64,000 bases of DNA from Squalus acanthias (GCA_030390025.1 CM059432.1:123072001-123136000), one strand, 5' to 3'. Numbered from the stretch's first letter, positions 1-13,539 are shown. Numbers and translations: made by a program. The notes: generated from the letters alone by a model not told the origin.

Positions 1-1084
1 GAATGAAAGCCCTATGGGAAACCTTTTGTAAAAAAAAATCAAAAACAAGTTGAAGCAAAAACTCTTAATTTTTTTGAGGTACCTTTTAAAAGCAAAGGTT
101 TTATATACTATACGTTAGCTAGTCTTCTGTAACTAGTCAGAAGCTACAGTAAAAGATTCATGCACTGATACAGCTGAGGAGAAAATTGGTGAATGAGGAA
201 AAAACAGAACTTTATATTTTATATTATTCCAAGTAGTTTTATATTGAGAAGTCAATTGTTCATATACACAGTAGCAAGTTCTGGAAGGACTGTACCATTG
301 TTCCAGTTTGTGCAAAGGTTCTGACTAAAAGTCCCGATTAAAATGTATATTTCAATAGAATGTGTTGGTAACACTGAAGTACTGTTGCAGAGATATTTGG
401 TAAAGAAGGAAATATTTAAATGCATTTCATCTTTCCTTAAGTTTTATGTATATTATTTTGTGTTCACTGCAAAACTTACCCCCTAAACAAATGGGTAGAA
501 AATGGCTGTTCCCCGTATTACACTCAAAAATTGATCAATTTCATTTATATATCTATATACCCGCCTGTCTGCCTGCTTACCTACCAACCTACGCACCTAC
601 ATACCTGCCATGGGTAAGAAACCAATCAATAAATACTTATTTCATTGTCTTTGGAGATCTCTTACGAACATCTTTGCAAATTCTTTCACTGGAGATATGT
701 AAACCCTTCCCCACACCCAGCAACCCTTTGCAAAAGCATAACATCTTCCTCGCCATGAGCAGTGCCACAGGAAATCCATTTAAAGTCCATACATGCATAC
801 TTCCTGTCCATCATATTTCCTTAGTTGCATGTCAACTGTCATACTTGTGATGTGCAATATCTATGTCATGCTTTCACCAGATTGCCTTAAATTTTATATT
901 AAATCTTTAACCAATCGCAGTCAAACAGGTAGTGTTATGAAATAAACATGAGAAAAGCAGGTAGTTAAACTGTCAATGAAAAAATACTTGGGACTTCTGA
1001 AAGCAATCAATCCTCAGTGGTCATCCAGGAGACTCTTATCAATAAATGAAAGAAGAAGCAGAAGCAACCAAATCACTCAAACTA

Positions 1085-2341
1085 CCTCTTGTTCCTCCTC
1101 ATCCCTCTCGACCTGTCTGCAGCCTTTGACACGGTTGTCCACTCCATCCTCCTCCAACGCCTCTCCACCGTCGTCCAGCTGGGTGGGACTGCACTCGCCT
1201 GGTTCCATTCTTATCTATCCAATCGTAACTATAGAATCACCTGCAATGGCTTCTCTTCCCGCTCCTGCACCGTTACCTCTAGTGTCCCCCAAGGATCTAT
1301 CCTTGCCCCCCCCCCCTATTTCTCATCTACATGTTGCCCCTTGGCGACATCATCCTAAAACACAGCGCCAGTTTCCACATGTACACAGACGACACCCAGC
1401 TCTACCTCACCACCACCTCTCAACCCCTCCACTGTCTCTAAATTGTCAGACTGCTTGTTTGACATCCAGTACTGGATGAGCAGAAATTTCCTCCAACCAA
1501 ATATTGGGAAGACCGAAGCCATTGTCTTTGTCCCCGCCACCAACTCCGTTCCCTAGCCACCGACTCCATCCCTCTCCCTGGCAACTGGCTGAGGCTGAAC
1601 CAGACTGTTCATAACCTTGGTGTCGTATTTGACCCCGAGATGAGCTTCTGACCACATCTCCGCGCCATCACTAAGACCGCCTATTTCCACCTCCGTAACA
1701 TCGCCCAACTCCACTCCTGCCTCAGCTCATCTGCTGCTGAAACGCCCATCCATGCCTTTTTTACCTCTAGACTTGACTATTCCAACGCACTCCTGGCCGG
1801 CCTCCCATCTTCCACCCTCCGTAAACTTGAGCTCATCCAAAACTCGGCTGCCCGTGTCCTAACTCGCACCAAGTCCCGTTCACCCATCACCCCTGTGCTC
1901 GCTGACCTACATAGGCTCCCGGTTGAGCAACACCTCGATTTTTAAAATTCTCATCTTTGTTTTCAAATCCCTCCCCGGCCTCGCCCCTCCCTATCTCTGT
2001 AACCTCCTCCAGCCCTACAACCCTCCGAGATACCTGCGCTCCTCCAATTCTAACCTTTTGCGCACCCCCGATTTTAATCGCTCCACAATTGGCAGCCATG
2101 CCTTCAGCTACCAAGGCCGTAAGCTCTGGAATTCCCTCCCTAAACCTCTCCGCCTCTCTTTCCTGCTGTAAGACGTTCCTTAAAACCTACCTCTTTGACC
2201 AAGCTTTTGGTCATCTGCCCTAATATCGCCTTGTGTGGCTCAGTGTCAAATTTTGTTTGATATTGCTCCTGTGAAGCGCCGTGGGACGTTTTACTATGTT
2301 AAAGGTGCTATATAAATACAAGTTGTTGTTGTTGTTGTTGT
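1085..2341 (+). mobile_element. L2-clade LINE, 5'-truncated (RT, 3'UTR and (GTT)n tail)
   Basis: LDLSAAFDTV, VPQGSIL and TSRLDYSN motifs with frameshifts; tail AAGGTGCTATATAAATACAA(GTT)n. Confidence 0.9.
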
Positions 2342-3187
2342 TTAAAATCTTTGCGTACTGATTTATTTTATTCTTCCGTCAGCCACCCAGCTACACAAGC
2401 AAATAACAGAATTTATGACATAGCAAACAGGTTAAAATGTTAAGAATTTGCCAAAAAAAATCAGTCTAATTATTCATACATTTGACAGGAACTGGACAAT
2501 TCTATCTATTAAGTTTTTCCCTCTGAGGCCTAGTCTCTCTTTGGAACCTTGGGGGTTATGTTTCACTTCGACACAAATGTCTATTACCCAGGACGACTGA
2601 GTCCTTCCCAGCCCAGAACGACTGCGCCAATGAAACTGGTCCACCCACGTCTGAGCTGTTCCTGGCTAAAATTACTTTTTAAGCTCTATATCCACTTAAT
2701 ACTGTATTTACCAACTTTGAGATTAAAGCTCAATGCTGCAACCTCCCTGATGTGCATGTTTCACTATCTACCATTTGGTGAATTTACCCTTTGATCCATT
2801 GGGGGAGCCTGAGCATTCTATTTATTTATTTAATATTTTACCCTGCTTTCTGTTCTTTTTTAAATGTAAGTGTGTTGGTTTCCTTCCGCCCATTTCGCAA
2901 CTGAGACACTGCTGACGACCTTTTGTTCGGAATCCTTACATCACTGTATAGCCAGTCACAGAAGGTGTGCAACAAAGCTCTTCCCTCTGGGGAAAGTCCC
3001 TAAAGCCACACTTGGCCACCCCCAGATAGCCCCACAACCTCTGCTGGGTGATACACCACAGGAAAGACTAAATCTTTCTGACATCACACTAAGAATTTCC
3101 CTGGTGTGCATTGCTTAGACAAACTCCAATCCTTTATTCAGACGTACTTCTGTTCATCGAGGTTTCTCAAATGTGTAAACTGATTAA

Positions 3188-3229
3188 GGGACTGAGGAAA
3201 AATTGGGACTGAGGAAAAATTGGCACTGA
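3188..3229 (+). repeat. 17-bp tandem duplication GGGACTGAGGAAAAATT (about 2.4 units)
   Basis: Directly visible in the sequence. Confidence 0.85.
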
Positions 3230-3817
3230 ATTAGTGCTGTGGAAGACATGATATTATAGGGAATGTTACTATGAATTAAAAATGTGTATCCCTGCTTGTT
3301 CGAGGGACATGCGGGTGAAAAATAAAATCTCTGCTAAAACATAGCAAATATTCAACAAAGACTGATGGAGTAAAAACCCAACTAGATAACAAGTCACTGA
3401 TGCCATTAATGAGAAGTGGACAGCATCTGCTTTTTTTGTTTAGGTGCTGAAATTATAATGGTTAAACCAATTGCCTTGCAAATATTAATACCGAGAAAAG
3501 CAATTAAAAAAAAATTTGCACTGGGCTAATTACTTGCCATTTATTCTCTTTGCCCTTGCAATACGGATTTATTTTAAATTATGTTAATAGGTTTCATTTA
3601 AGTATTTGAGTAGTTGTCAAATAATACAGAGTAACAAAAGGAGACTTGAGGGGGATCTGTGTTTTGAGATTGACATAGAATATAGAACTAGTTGAAACCA
3701 AAATTGAATAAGAGAAAAAAAAATTAAATTTTTACTTCAGTATTATGATAAATAAAATGTATTTTTCAGTTAGCTGTGGTTGATTTAGATGTGGCTTTAC
3801 CTTGGTTTTTTCTGTAG

Positions 3818-3923
3818 AGCTATGAGGGTAAATCGTCTGAAGATACTCAGAGGAAAGTTGCAGCGGGTGCTCTCACAGTGTTGCTTCCTGTAAGCATTTG
3901 TGCACAGAAGCATGCCTTGCAGG
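3818..3923 (+). CDS. RTTN: Rotatin internal exon (SYEGKSSEDTQRKVAAGALTVLLPVSICAQKHALQ)
   Basis: ttttttctgtAG acceptor and GTAAGT donor; 106 bp, phase 0->1; resembles recalled vertebrate RTTN (CYEGKSS...AQKHAL). Confidence 0.9.
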
Positions 3924-4689
3924 GTAAGTCATACAACTATTACAGTGCACTTGCAGAATTAATCTTGGCTGACTTTTAGTTGGATTATCTCCACATGCGG
4001 TTATCAAAAAAAATTATCGAGAGTTGTATGAACCAAAAAGTAGGCTCTGTTCGAATCTACCTTAACGATATCTGATCTATAACCATCCTCTCCAATGACT
4101 ATTAAAGGTCACAAGTGAAATGAATTGTAGCATTCTCGGTCTGTTCTCCAGTGGCCGTGAATTTGTAGTTCATATGTGCCAGTAATAAGGCCATGACAGC
4201 TTGGATGCAAGGAGAATGAAAATGTATTCAGACTGTGTGAGAGCTGATCTTTCTGGTTCAGATTTTGGTCACCTGCATGCATTATTCTTAATCCATGGTC
4301 ACTATCGTTTACAAATAGGTGGAGGGAAAGAAAAGAAATATCTTCATTCCTTATCCTTCTCAAACTTCAGGAATATAACCTAGCTTTGATAGGATCCAGT
4401 GAAACAACATGCTCATGCCATGCTATTGTTGATAGACAGTATCGCATGCATCATGTCATAAATAGCGGCAGGATCTGCATCATTGCACTAATTGATTTTT
4501 CCTGAAGGTTCTTTGTTTCTCGCATTGTACCTCTCGGCTGCAAAAGTTTGGGAAACACTGACAAAATATCACAGTTGGAGGGGAGGTCAAATATTGCACC
4601 TGAACTTGAGGTCATTCCAGTTGACGGCCTGATTATTCAAAGCTGATGACTGTTAGTCAGGGTGGTCTTTGTCACTAATATTGAGACCA

Positions 4690-6068
4690 TCCATTCAGCT
4701 GCCTCTGCCGCACCTCCCCTTCCCCCTGGCCCACCAAGCCAAACTCTCCTCCCCTGGACCTGATCCCACATCTTTCTCCAGTTTCTCTCCAATGTCCCCT
4801 CATGCCCCCTCTGAGCTCAGCTTGTCCATGACACCCCACCTCCTGCTTTCTTAAGCCCATGCTCACTAAGCTGCTGACCATCCAACTTCCCTTCCTGGTC
4901 CACATGCTAGCTGACTTTGCAAACGTTTCCCTCTCCTCAAATACTGTCTCCCTCCATTTCAAAACAGCCATCATCAGCCACCTCCTCAAATAAACCCACC
5001 CTTGATTTATCTGTCCTTACAAGCTACCGCCCCATCTCCAACGTCCATTTCTTCTCCACAGTCCTTGAACATGTTGTCGCCTCCCAAATCCAAGTCCATC
5101 TTTCATGCAACTCTATGTTTGAATCTCTCCAATCAGGTTTCTACCCCTGTCACAGCACTGAAAAAGCCCTAATGGGTCACAAATTAAATCCTCTATGACT
5201 TGGATCGTGGAGCACTGTCCCACCTTGTCCTTCTCAGTGTCAGCTGTGGCTCAGTGGGTAGCACACTCGCCTCTGAGTCTTGAACCCATAAATCTAGGTT
5301 GACACTCCAGTGCAGTGCTGAGGGAGTGCTGCACTGTCGGAGGTGCTGTCTTTCGGATGAGACGTTAAATCGAGGCCCCGTCTGCTCTCTCGGGTGGGCA
5401 TAAATGATCCCATGGCACTATTTCGAAGAAGAGCAGGGGAGTTCTCCCCAGTGTCCTGACCAATATTTATCCCTCAATCAATATAACAAAAACAGATTAT
5501 CTGGTCATTATCACATTGCTGTTTGTGGGAGCTTGCTGTGTGCAAATTGGCTGCCGCGTATCCCATATTACAACAGTGACTACACTCCAAAAGTACTTCA
5601 TTGGCTGTAAAGCACTTTGAGACGTCCGGTGGTCGTGAAAGGCGCTATATAAATCCAAGTCTTGCTTGTTTTCTCAACCTCTCTCCAGCTTTTGACATGG
5701 TTAATCACACTATCCTCCTCCAATACCACCTCCATTGTCCAGCTCAGTGGGACTACCCTTATTTAGTTTCACTCTCACCTATTCAATCGTAACCAGACCA
5801 TCTCCAGCAATGGCTTCTCTTTCTGCCCCCACACTGTTGTATCTGGAGATTCCTCGAGTTAAACAAGAGCTCTACATTACTCTGAATCTAGTCCCTTGTG
5901 CATCCTCCATTCCTTTTGCCCTACCATTGTCGACCATGCCTTCAGCTGTCTATATCCTATGCTCTGGAATTCCCTCTCTAAACCCCTCTGCCTCTCCTTA
6001 AAACCATCCTTAAAACCTCTTTATCCAAGCTTTTAGTCACCCGCATCCACCCCCCAATATATCTTCTA
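4690..6068 (+). mobile_element. Degenerate, internally deleted L2 LINE interrupted by a SINE
   Basis: YRPISN and FESLQSGF motifs; 3' end similar to 2090-2225. Confidence 0.75.
5237..5663 (+). mobile_element. tRNA-derived DeuSINE (SacSINE1-like) with L2-type tail
   Basis: tRNA-like head GTGTCAGCTGTGGCTCAGTGG, central GATCCCATGGCACTATTTCGAAGAAGAGCAGG block, tail GGCGCTATATAAAT; several copies in the window. Confidence 0.8.
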
Positions 6069-6071
6069 CTT

Positions 6072-7250
6072 TGCAAAAGCAAAATACTGCAGATGCTGGA
6101 AATCTGAAATAAAAACAGAAAATGCTGGAAATACTCAGCAGGTCAGGCAGCATCTGTGGAGAGAGAAGCAGAGTTAACGTTTCAGGTCGATGACCCTTAG
6201 TCAGAGCTGGAAAAAGTTAGAGATGTAACAGATTTTTAAGCAAGTGTCGGGGCAGGGAAAGGGGGGAGGGGAGGAGAGGAGAGGAAAGAACAAAAGGGAA
6301 GGTCTGTGATGGGATGGAAGGCAGGAGAGATTAAAAGACAAAAGAGATAATGCTGCAAAGCAAAAGGAGATGGTAATGGGACAAATTAAGAAACAAAAGA
6401 TGACTCTCGATGAGGTGTAAATGGCAATGGCAGAATCATCAACAGCTGCCATGTGAGAGAAAAAAATTAGTGGTCGAGGTTATGGCCTGAAATTGTTGAA
6501 CTCGATGTTGAGTCCAGAAGGCTGTAAAGTGCCTAATCGAAAGGTGCTGTTCCTCGAGCTTACGTTGAGCTTCGTTGGAACAGTGCAAGAGGCCGAGAGA
6601 TCAGAGTGGGAGTGGAGCGGAGAATTAAAGTGACAGGCAACCGGAAGCTCGGGGTCACGCTTTCGGACTGAACTGAGGTGTTCTGCAAAGTGGTCAACCA
6701 ATCTGCGTTTGGTCTCCCCAATGTAGAGGAGACCGCATCATGAGCAGTGAATAAAGTCTTCCTTTTTCCTTAACCAAGGATTCCCCTCTCCCATGGTTGA
6801 CATGGCCCTTGACCGTGTCCGTTCTATTTCCCGCACTTCTGCTCTCACCCCTTCCCCTCCCTCCCAGAACCACGATAGGTTTCCCCTTGTCCTCACCTTT
6901 CACCCCACCAGCCTCCTATTCAACGGATCATCCTCTGCCATTTCCGCCACCTCCAGTGTGATCCCACCACCCAACACATCTTTCCCGCCCCTCCCCTTTC
7001 AGCATTCCGATGGGACCGCTCCCTCCGCGACACCCTGGTCCACTCCTCCATCACCCCCAACACCCTCTCCCCTTCCCACAGCATTTTCACGTGCAAGCGC
7101 AGGAGATGCAACACCTGCCCTTTTTCCTCCTCCCTTCCCACTGTCCAGGGCCCCAAACACTCCTTCCAGGTGAAACAGCGATTTACTTGTTGTACTTGCA
7201 ATTTAGTGTACTGTATTCGCTGCTCACGATGCGGTCTCCTCTACATTGGG
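6072..7250. mobile_element. Penelope-like element fragment with GIY-YIG endonuclease, in two oppositely oriented pieces
   Basis: YCIRCSRCGLLYIG on + near 7210-7250; YIGETKRRLVDHFAEH...PVACHFNS on - at 6480-6750; terminal sequence shared with 22928 and 28277. Confidence 0.85.
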
Positions 7251-7369
7251 TTCAGCGTCCATTTTTGTCTAATTACATATCTATGAATCACCTTTTTCTT
7301 CATTAAAAGCACGATAGAAGTGCAAGTTGTCGGTGCCTTATACTCTTGGTAGCAGTTACTTTGACTAGT

Positions 7370-7870
7370 TCTCACAGGGTGTCCACTGTTAGGGCTTATA
7401 ACACAAAATGGAAAAAGGTTATGCAGTGGTCTAATTTGGTTAGTTCTGGCTTTTGTAGTGTTCTACAGAATTGGTTAGTTCTAACTTTTGTAGTGTTGTA
7501 CTTGTCATTTAGTTCTGGCCCCTGTGATATCCCATATATGCTGAAGTAGCTTTAGTATCTGATCGACATTAGTTTTAAATACAGTTCTATTTGATCATGC
7601 TATTTGAGTCTTGCAACACCTATTTCAGTTTGTGTTAAAGGATCACCCAGCTATTTGGACATTGTGTCCAGTTAGGTCCTCCCTATTTTCCAATTGATGG
7701 TTCATCAAAGTTACTGTATCCACCATTCAGATCTGTTCAAACAACTGTGTTTAAATTCCTTTCACCAAAAACTGGACTGTTGTTAACATTTGTTTCAGTT
7801 TGTAGAGTTAGTGATGTGCAGGTCTTTATTGTAAATCAGCTGTATTTAATTTGTCATTCCCAATAGAGTG
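7370..7870 (+). repeat. Unclassified interspersed repeat, copy 1
   Basis: Colinear blocks shared with 13540-13960 (TATAACACAAAATGGA, AGCTATTTGGA.ATTGTG, TTAGGTCCTC). Confidence 0.6.
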
Positions 7871-9306
7871 ATCCTCAGGACTCACCCAAATATTTAGCTG
7901 AAGGTTACTTCCAAATTTAATTTGAATCAGGAAATTGTTCTCCCAATGTTTTATCCTCCTTGGGACAAGTCGAAAATGGAATGTCATTTCCACTAAGTAG
8001 ATGTTTGACAGTTATTAATTTCCTATGCTGCAGGAGCTCAAGGACAACTGGTTAGTAAGCAGCAGATTGCCATCTGATTGGTTAACTACATCCTATATAC
8101 TACCATCTTGCACAGAAAAGGCCCAGGGGCAAGTTAAGGACCATTGCATCTATTCCAGAGCTCTGTCAGATACCAATGATAGCATATGCAAGGTTGCCAA
8201 ATGGAACAACCGTCGCACATTTACTAAACATTCTCATGTAGATTTAACTGCCCTGCACGGCAGCATTTTTACTGGATCAGCTCAGGTACCTGGTGTTGTA
8301 GCTCCTACACAGGACTTCCCCTTTCTAGTTTTGCACAACTTTGATATGCAGAAACAAGGTGTAAGGATGCAGAGTGAAGATATATACATTACCTATCTGG
8401 TAGGCTCGTTGTCATTCTTTTACTGATATGCATTCTCCATGTAACATAAGCCCTCCCATACATCCTAACCGGCCCCACAGAGCTACAGCTTTACTTTGGA
8501 GGGGCGGGGTAGTTAGCTTGCTTCAGGCTGGCACAAAGGTGCAGATCCTGGGACTCTACATGACATGAAACTAAAAACTGTTTAAATATTTAGGTTTAAT
8601 ATTTGACCGAGGTATTATTTGACAAGTGCATTGCAAAATGGTTAGTTATCCATATAGAACACCTGTGGTAGTACTTGGTGGCGCAATGGATTAGCACATT
8701 TTCTGTCCTGTTCTTAGTCTTCCAATCTTAGTGATGCTGTAAATATGATTCATGTGGGAAATAGAAAAACGCCACATTCATGCAGGAGGAAAGACTCTCT
8801 TCTCGGGTTGAGTTAAGGCTTATTCTTGAGGCAGAATATAGGGAGCTTTTACTTGATGTGGACATTCCTGACGCTGATACTGAGTGACAGGAGTAGACAC
8901 TGTTTATTACAGCACAATGACATCCTTTGACCCCCATGAGCACAAAAATCACTCCACAAAATAAACTATCTTTGGGAATTAATTTTAACATATTCTCTTC
9001 AATACTGAAGATTGCAATAGAAAAGTAATAGTTGTCTTTATTTCATAATGTATTCTCATAATAAACAAATACAGTGGTTCTATACATCACCATTAATTCT
9101 AATTTATGATCAACATTGGAAATATAGTAGAGGTAATTTTTTGCAAATGTGTGGTAAGAATTTTGAAAACATGAACAATCAATCTTCATACATTGAGCAT
9201 AACTGAATATATGAAAACTAAACCTTTTACAAGATTGAGATAAAACAAACATGGACAATTAGTTTGTAGTCTGTATGATGTTTCTTTTTTATCCCTCCTT
9301 GTTTAG

Positions 9307-9404
9307 CTGGCCTTGTTGACAGCTGTATAGAACAGCTGAAGCATACCTATGTACAATTCAACTTAGATTCACTGAGACCTGGAAAAGTAATCCAAAGGAA
9401 AAAG
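9307..9404 (+). CDS. RTTN: Rotatin internal exon ([32 protein letters not shown])
   Basis: tttAG and GTAAGC boundaries; 98 bp, phase 1->0; NLDSLRPGK motif. Confidence 0.93.
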
Positions 9405-9975
9405 GTAAGCGTGGAGACTAGATAAGCAAATAATTTAGTCAGCAGATACATTTCTGTTCAAGAAAAAAGTTGAATGAACCAAGTGCTGCTACAAAAACAC
9501 CAAGATGTTGTACTTAACATAAGTAGTTCAATGATTTTTTTAAAGATTCCTAATGTACTGCGATAGGTGATTTTTTTTGACGCATGTCTTTTTCTAGTTC
9601 AGATATTCACAGCTGACCCAGTTTGAAAGGGTTTCGATTTACATTATCACTGAGGAGATATTTTATTTGCCTGGATGCTGAATACCAAAATTGCTTGAGC
9701 CCAGGGTGATTTTGCTTGTGCTCCTCTTGTTGAAGTGCCAGTATGACTCATACCACTTATTAGCCTCTGTGCTAAAAAAAATCCTTTTTAGCTAATCACT
9801 GTGGACTTATTTTTTAAATCCACATAATATCATTTTGTTGACCTTTTTTCAAGTTGAATTGTGTACATGTTTTGTTTATTAAACAGCAAGTATAACAATG
9901 CGTAATTTGTCGCTTGCTTTTAGTGTTTCATCGCGATTATTTTAATAGACTATTGATATGTTTCTGACCGCACAG

Positions 9976-10053
9976 GATGACAGTCTTACCAGAGAGCTGA
10001 AAACTGTGCTGCAGTTGCTGAGGAATTGCCTGCACCACAATGTCGAATGCAAA
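9976..10053 (+). CDS. RTTN: Rotatin internal exon (DDSLTRELKTVLQLLRNCLHHNVECK)
   Basis: cacAG and GTAAGT boundaries; 78 bp, phase 0->0; QLLRNCL motif. Confidence 0.93.
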
Positions 10054-10165
10054 GTAAGTCTGCTGCCAAAGTGAAGCAGCATTCATTGGTAGGAAGTTCT
10101 GAATTACTGTTTGCATAATTGTTCGAACTGAGAGGTTCCTTTTCTCCCCCACACCTTTCCTACAG

Positions 10166-10292
10166 CTTGCAGCGTCTGATGCGCATCTTGTGAGTGCTGT
10201 TCATTCACTTTGGCCCTGGCTTTTAATGGATGACACACTGATGTTGGCAGCTCTGAAACTACTATGTGTCTACACAGCTAACCTGCCAGCAT
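10166..10292 (+). CDS. RTTN: Rotatin internal exon ([42 protein letters not shown])
   Basis: Polypyrimidine tract with tacAG and GTGAGT donor; 127 bp, phase 0->1; HSLWPW and LLCVYTAN motifs. Confidence 0.95.
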
Positions 10293-10843
10293 GTGAGTAG
10301 AGCTAATGTATTGGGTAAGACCCATGGTTAAAACCGCAGTCTCAATGTGTAAACCGTTAAATACAAATAATTTACCAAGAATTGTTCAGAATGTCAGAAA
10401 GCTGGGGAGAGAAATAATCAATTTTCACATCTTTGTGCCACAGTACATTTTATCCAAAACTCAAGTTTCACCATACCTCATTGAGGCAGATGTCCACAAG
10501 TGGATGCCACTTCAGTCAACTGCTACTGTTAGCTGAACAAGACAGGAAGCTGTTGTGGTCTGTTAACAATCAAAAAGTTCACCAAGCTGATAAATATTCC
10601 AACTCACAATTACACTTGCTTATTCAATCTAAACAAAACTGATTAGACTACCAACTTCTGTTTTTAAAAAAACAAACCTGTATATCAATGAAATTTGGTG
10701 TGTGAACTTACATAACTGGACAGCTATGGGAATTCTATCCTTTGATTAGGTGTAGATGGGAAGTGGTTTGTCATGTCACTTCCAATTATTGTGTTTTGAA
10801 CTCAATAGTTTTTCCAGTTGTTCTTAGAATAGTTATAGATAAT

Positions 10844-11569
10844 GGGCCAGAATTGACGGTGTCTTCGACAGTAGCCTACGCCATTCTAATCCTTCTGATT
10901 GGGCCCCGCAAGTTCCGGGTTTCTGCATGCGCGAAAACCCGGAACTTCTGATCTGTCAAGGTACGCCTTGACAGATCTACCGAACCGACTGAGAAATCAC
11001 TTTCACTGGCGCAGAGTTGTGTTATTTGCCCAGCAAATGCCCACAAAACCCTTACGCCTGGTAAAAGCAGGTGTAGGGCCTGCTTTCACCAGCGTAAAGG
11101 TTAACAAATCTTAAATTAAAAATGTTTAAATAAAAATGCTGTACAAACACTTAAAATTAGCTTATGCAAATATTGGCCTGGATTAAACTGTTTAAAATTA
11201 ATTTGCAAAAAATTAACTTTTATTGTATTTGGTTAACTAAGGGACTTACTAAATTTGAAAATCAGAACATTTATATTTATTAGAATTGTTTAATTATTTG
11301 GAGATTCCACTGCCTGTCATTAGAGGACTCCGCTCGGATATGACTGTAATGGAATCCTCCCTTCTCATTGGAGGACCTGGCCCACGTGATCCCAGGGACA
11401 CTTCCGAACCGCCTGTGTCCCTGGGATCCGTGAGCCTTTATGCAGGCGCACGCCTGGAGGTCCGAGACCCGAATTCTCCGTAGCTGTGAAGCCAGGAGGT
11501 AAGTTCGGAAATATTTCGCGGGTCGGAGGCGTACTCCGGAGGTATGCCTCCAACCGCAAATTCAGGGCC
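10844..11569. mobile_element. Non-autonomous TIR DNA transposon (PIF/Harbinger-like MITE)
   Basis: Imperfect TIRs GGGCCAGAATTGACGG / CCGCAAATTCAGGGCC; AT-rich centre; flanks AAT/GAT. Confidence 0.65.
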
Positions 11570-12269
11570 GATATATTTCCACGTTTTTATATACCTGTTT
11601 AAAAATAAAATGTTTTTTCTTGAATTGGGCTGACTTTTTTTTTAAAACTTAGTCGGTGGTTCTCAGTCCAGTTTTGTAAGCTAATTGAAGCCCTTAGCCT
11701 CAAACACTGTGACAAATGATGCAGCCGTGGCAGATGGCCACACCAAGCATATGGTCAACAGTTACTCAAGTGCAGGACTTCACATTTACTGTTTTCGAGG
11801 ATGTTTAAAAAGCTGCAGCTGTTTAAATCCTTGAGTCAGTTTGGAATTTCCAGGAGATAGAGTTGAAACTGGCACAGCTCCTGCAGTGGTAAGAAATACA
11901 AGATTAAAAGAAACACTGGATGGAAAAGTTATTTACAAAAGAAGAACTTAGCATTTAGATTGAGGAGTTTGACAAAAGGATTTCTACTGTTACAAAGTTT
12001 ATAGTCTGTTAATTATTCATAGCTATCTTTTGTTACTTAATAGTTTAAACCCAATACGAGGTCTGATGTTATGATACTTTGCTCCTTATCAAAGAGGGAG
12101 AGCGATCTTATGAAATCATGAGATAATCCCAGTAGCTAAAATTATTCATGGAAAGGTTGTTCTGTTCATTATCCTGGGCATGTAACCAAAAGTTTACCTA
12201 GATTTCAAGGCAATTACAACAACAACTTGCATTTATATAGCGTTTTTAACATAGTAAAACAAACCAATG

Positions 12270-12731
12270 AAAGATAGACTTGCATTTATACAGCGCTTTT
12301 CACGACCACCGGCTGTCCCAAAGCACTTTACAGCCAATGAAGTACTTTTGAAGTGTAGTCACTGTTGTAATGTAGGAAACATGGCAGCCAGTTTGTGCAC
12401 AGCAAGGTCCCACAAACAGCAATGTGATAGTGATCAGATAATCTGATTTTGTTATGTTGGTTGAGGGATAAATATTGGCCAGGACACCGGGGATAACCCC
12501 CCTTCTCCGAAATAGTGCCATGGGATCTTTTACGTCCACCTGAGAGAGCAGACGGGGCCTCAGTTTAACATCTCATCCGAAAGGCGGCATCTCTGACAGT
12601 GCAGCACTCCCTCAGTACAGCACTGGAGTGTCAGCCTAGATTTTTGTGTTCAAGTCTCTGGAGTGGGACTTGAACCCACAACCTTCTGACTCCGAGGCAA
12701 GGGTGCTACCAGCTGAGCCACTGGCTGACAC
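12270..12731 (-). mobile_element. DeuSINE, near full length
   Basis: Reverse-complement similarity to 5237-5663, including tRNA A/B boxes. Confidence 0.85.
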
Positions 12732-12971
12732 ACAAATGCGCTTCTTAGGATATAAGCATGCTCTTGAAACAGAGAGTTAACACTCATCTACAAGAGTCAT
12801 CTAAAATATGAAAAATGTACAGTAAAAATGATAGAAAAGACCGAAAAACTTACAGCCATGTTAACCTGCAGGCTGAATGTTTTCTGATACAAAGGTTTCT
12901 GCATATATTCCCTCCAAACTATACTGGTGAGACCCCTTTAAAGGCTATTCAAAATATGATTCTAAGATTGT

Positions 12972-13350
12972 ATGTCAGCCTGGCCCAGTTGGTGTCACTC
13001 TTGCCCTGAGTCAGGAGGTTGTCTGTTCAATCACCACTCTTTTAGGTCAGATGTTAACAAAGGCTCCGTATGCTTATTCAGATGGACATGAAAGATCCCA
13101 TGGCGCACTATTCCAAAAAGACGTAGTTTTCCTGGTGTCCTCGTTCAAGTAACACCACCAAAAAATCCCAGAGTAACTGATCACTCATCTCATTTGCTGC
13201 TTGGAGGATTTTGCTGTCTGGAAATTCACCACCATATTTGCCCACAAAACAGTGACTGCACTTCCAAAATAATTTACTTGAATGTGAAGTGCTTTGGGAT
13301 GTCCTGAGGACCTGAAATGGAAATTAATAAATCCAAGTTTTTTCTTTCTT
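12972..13350 (+). mobile_element. Degenerate DeuSINE
   Basis: TGTCAGCC head, AAAGATCCCATGGC block and decayed tail. Confidence 0.65.
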
Positions 13351-13539
13351 TCTTTTCATAGCAATAAACAGAGATAGTATCCCCATACTTCACAGAAAGT
13401 ATCTCCCTTCATAGCTGAAGGGTCAAATATTGCTTCTAGTTTTGGAGACATTCCATTTTCTGCTTGGTTATTGAAAGATGGGAACTGTTAGATCAGGGTC
13501 TCCTCTCCTCAGCGGGTAGATACATTGGTTAGTTCATGG

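Noticed and set aside
133..850. ORFs 133..315 and 446..850 as upstream RTTN exons or a new gene
   Set aside because: No recognisable RTTN similarity or convincing splice pair; partly low-complexity (CCTA/CCTG-like repeat).
2383..2430. Possible small exon after ttcttccgtcAG
   Set aside because: Two frames contain stops, and the open frame neither resembles RTTN nor matches the phase-0 start of the 3818 exon.
8675..8700. tRNA-like TGGCGCAATGGATTAGCAC
   Set aside because: A-box-like only, with no B box or cloverleaf; at most a decayed SINE head.
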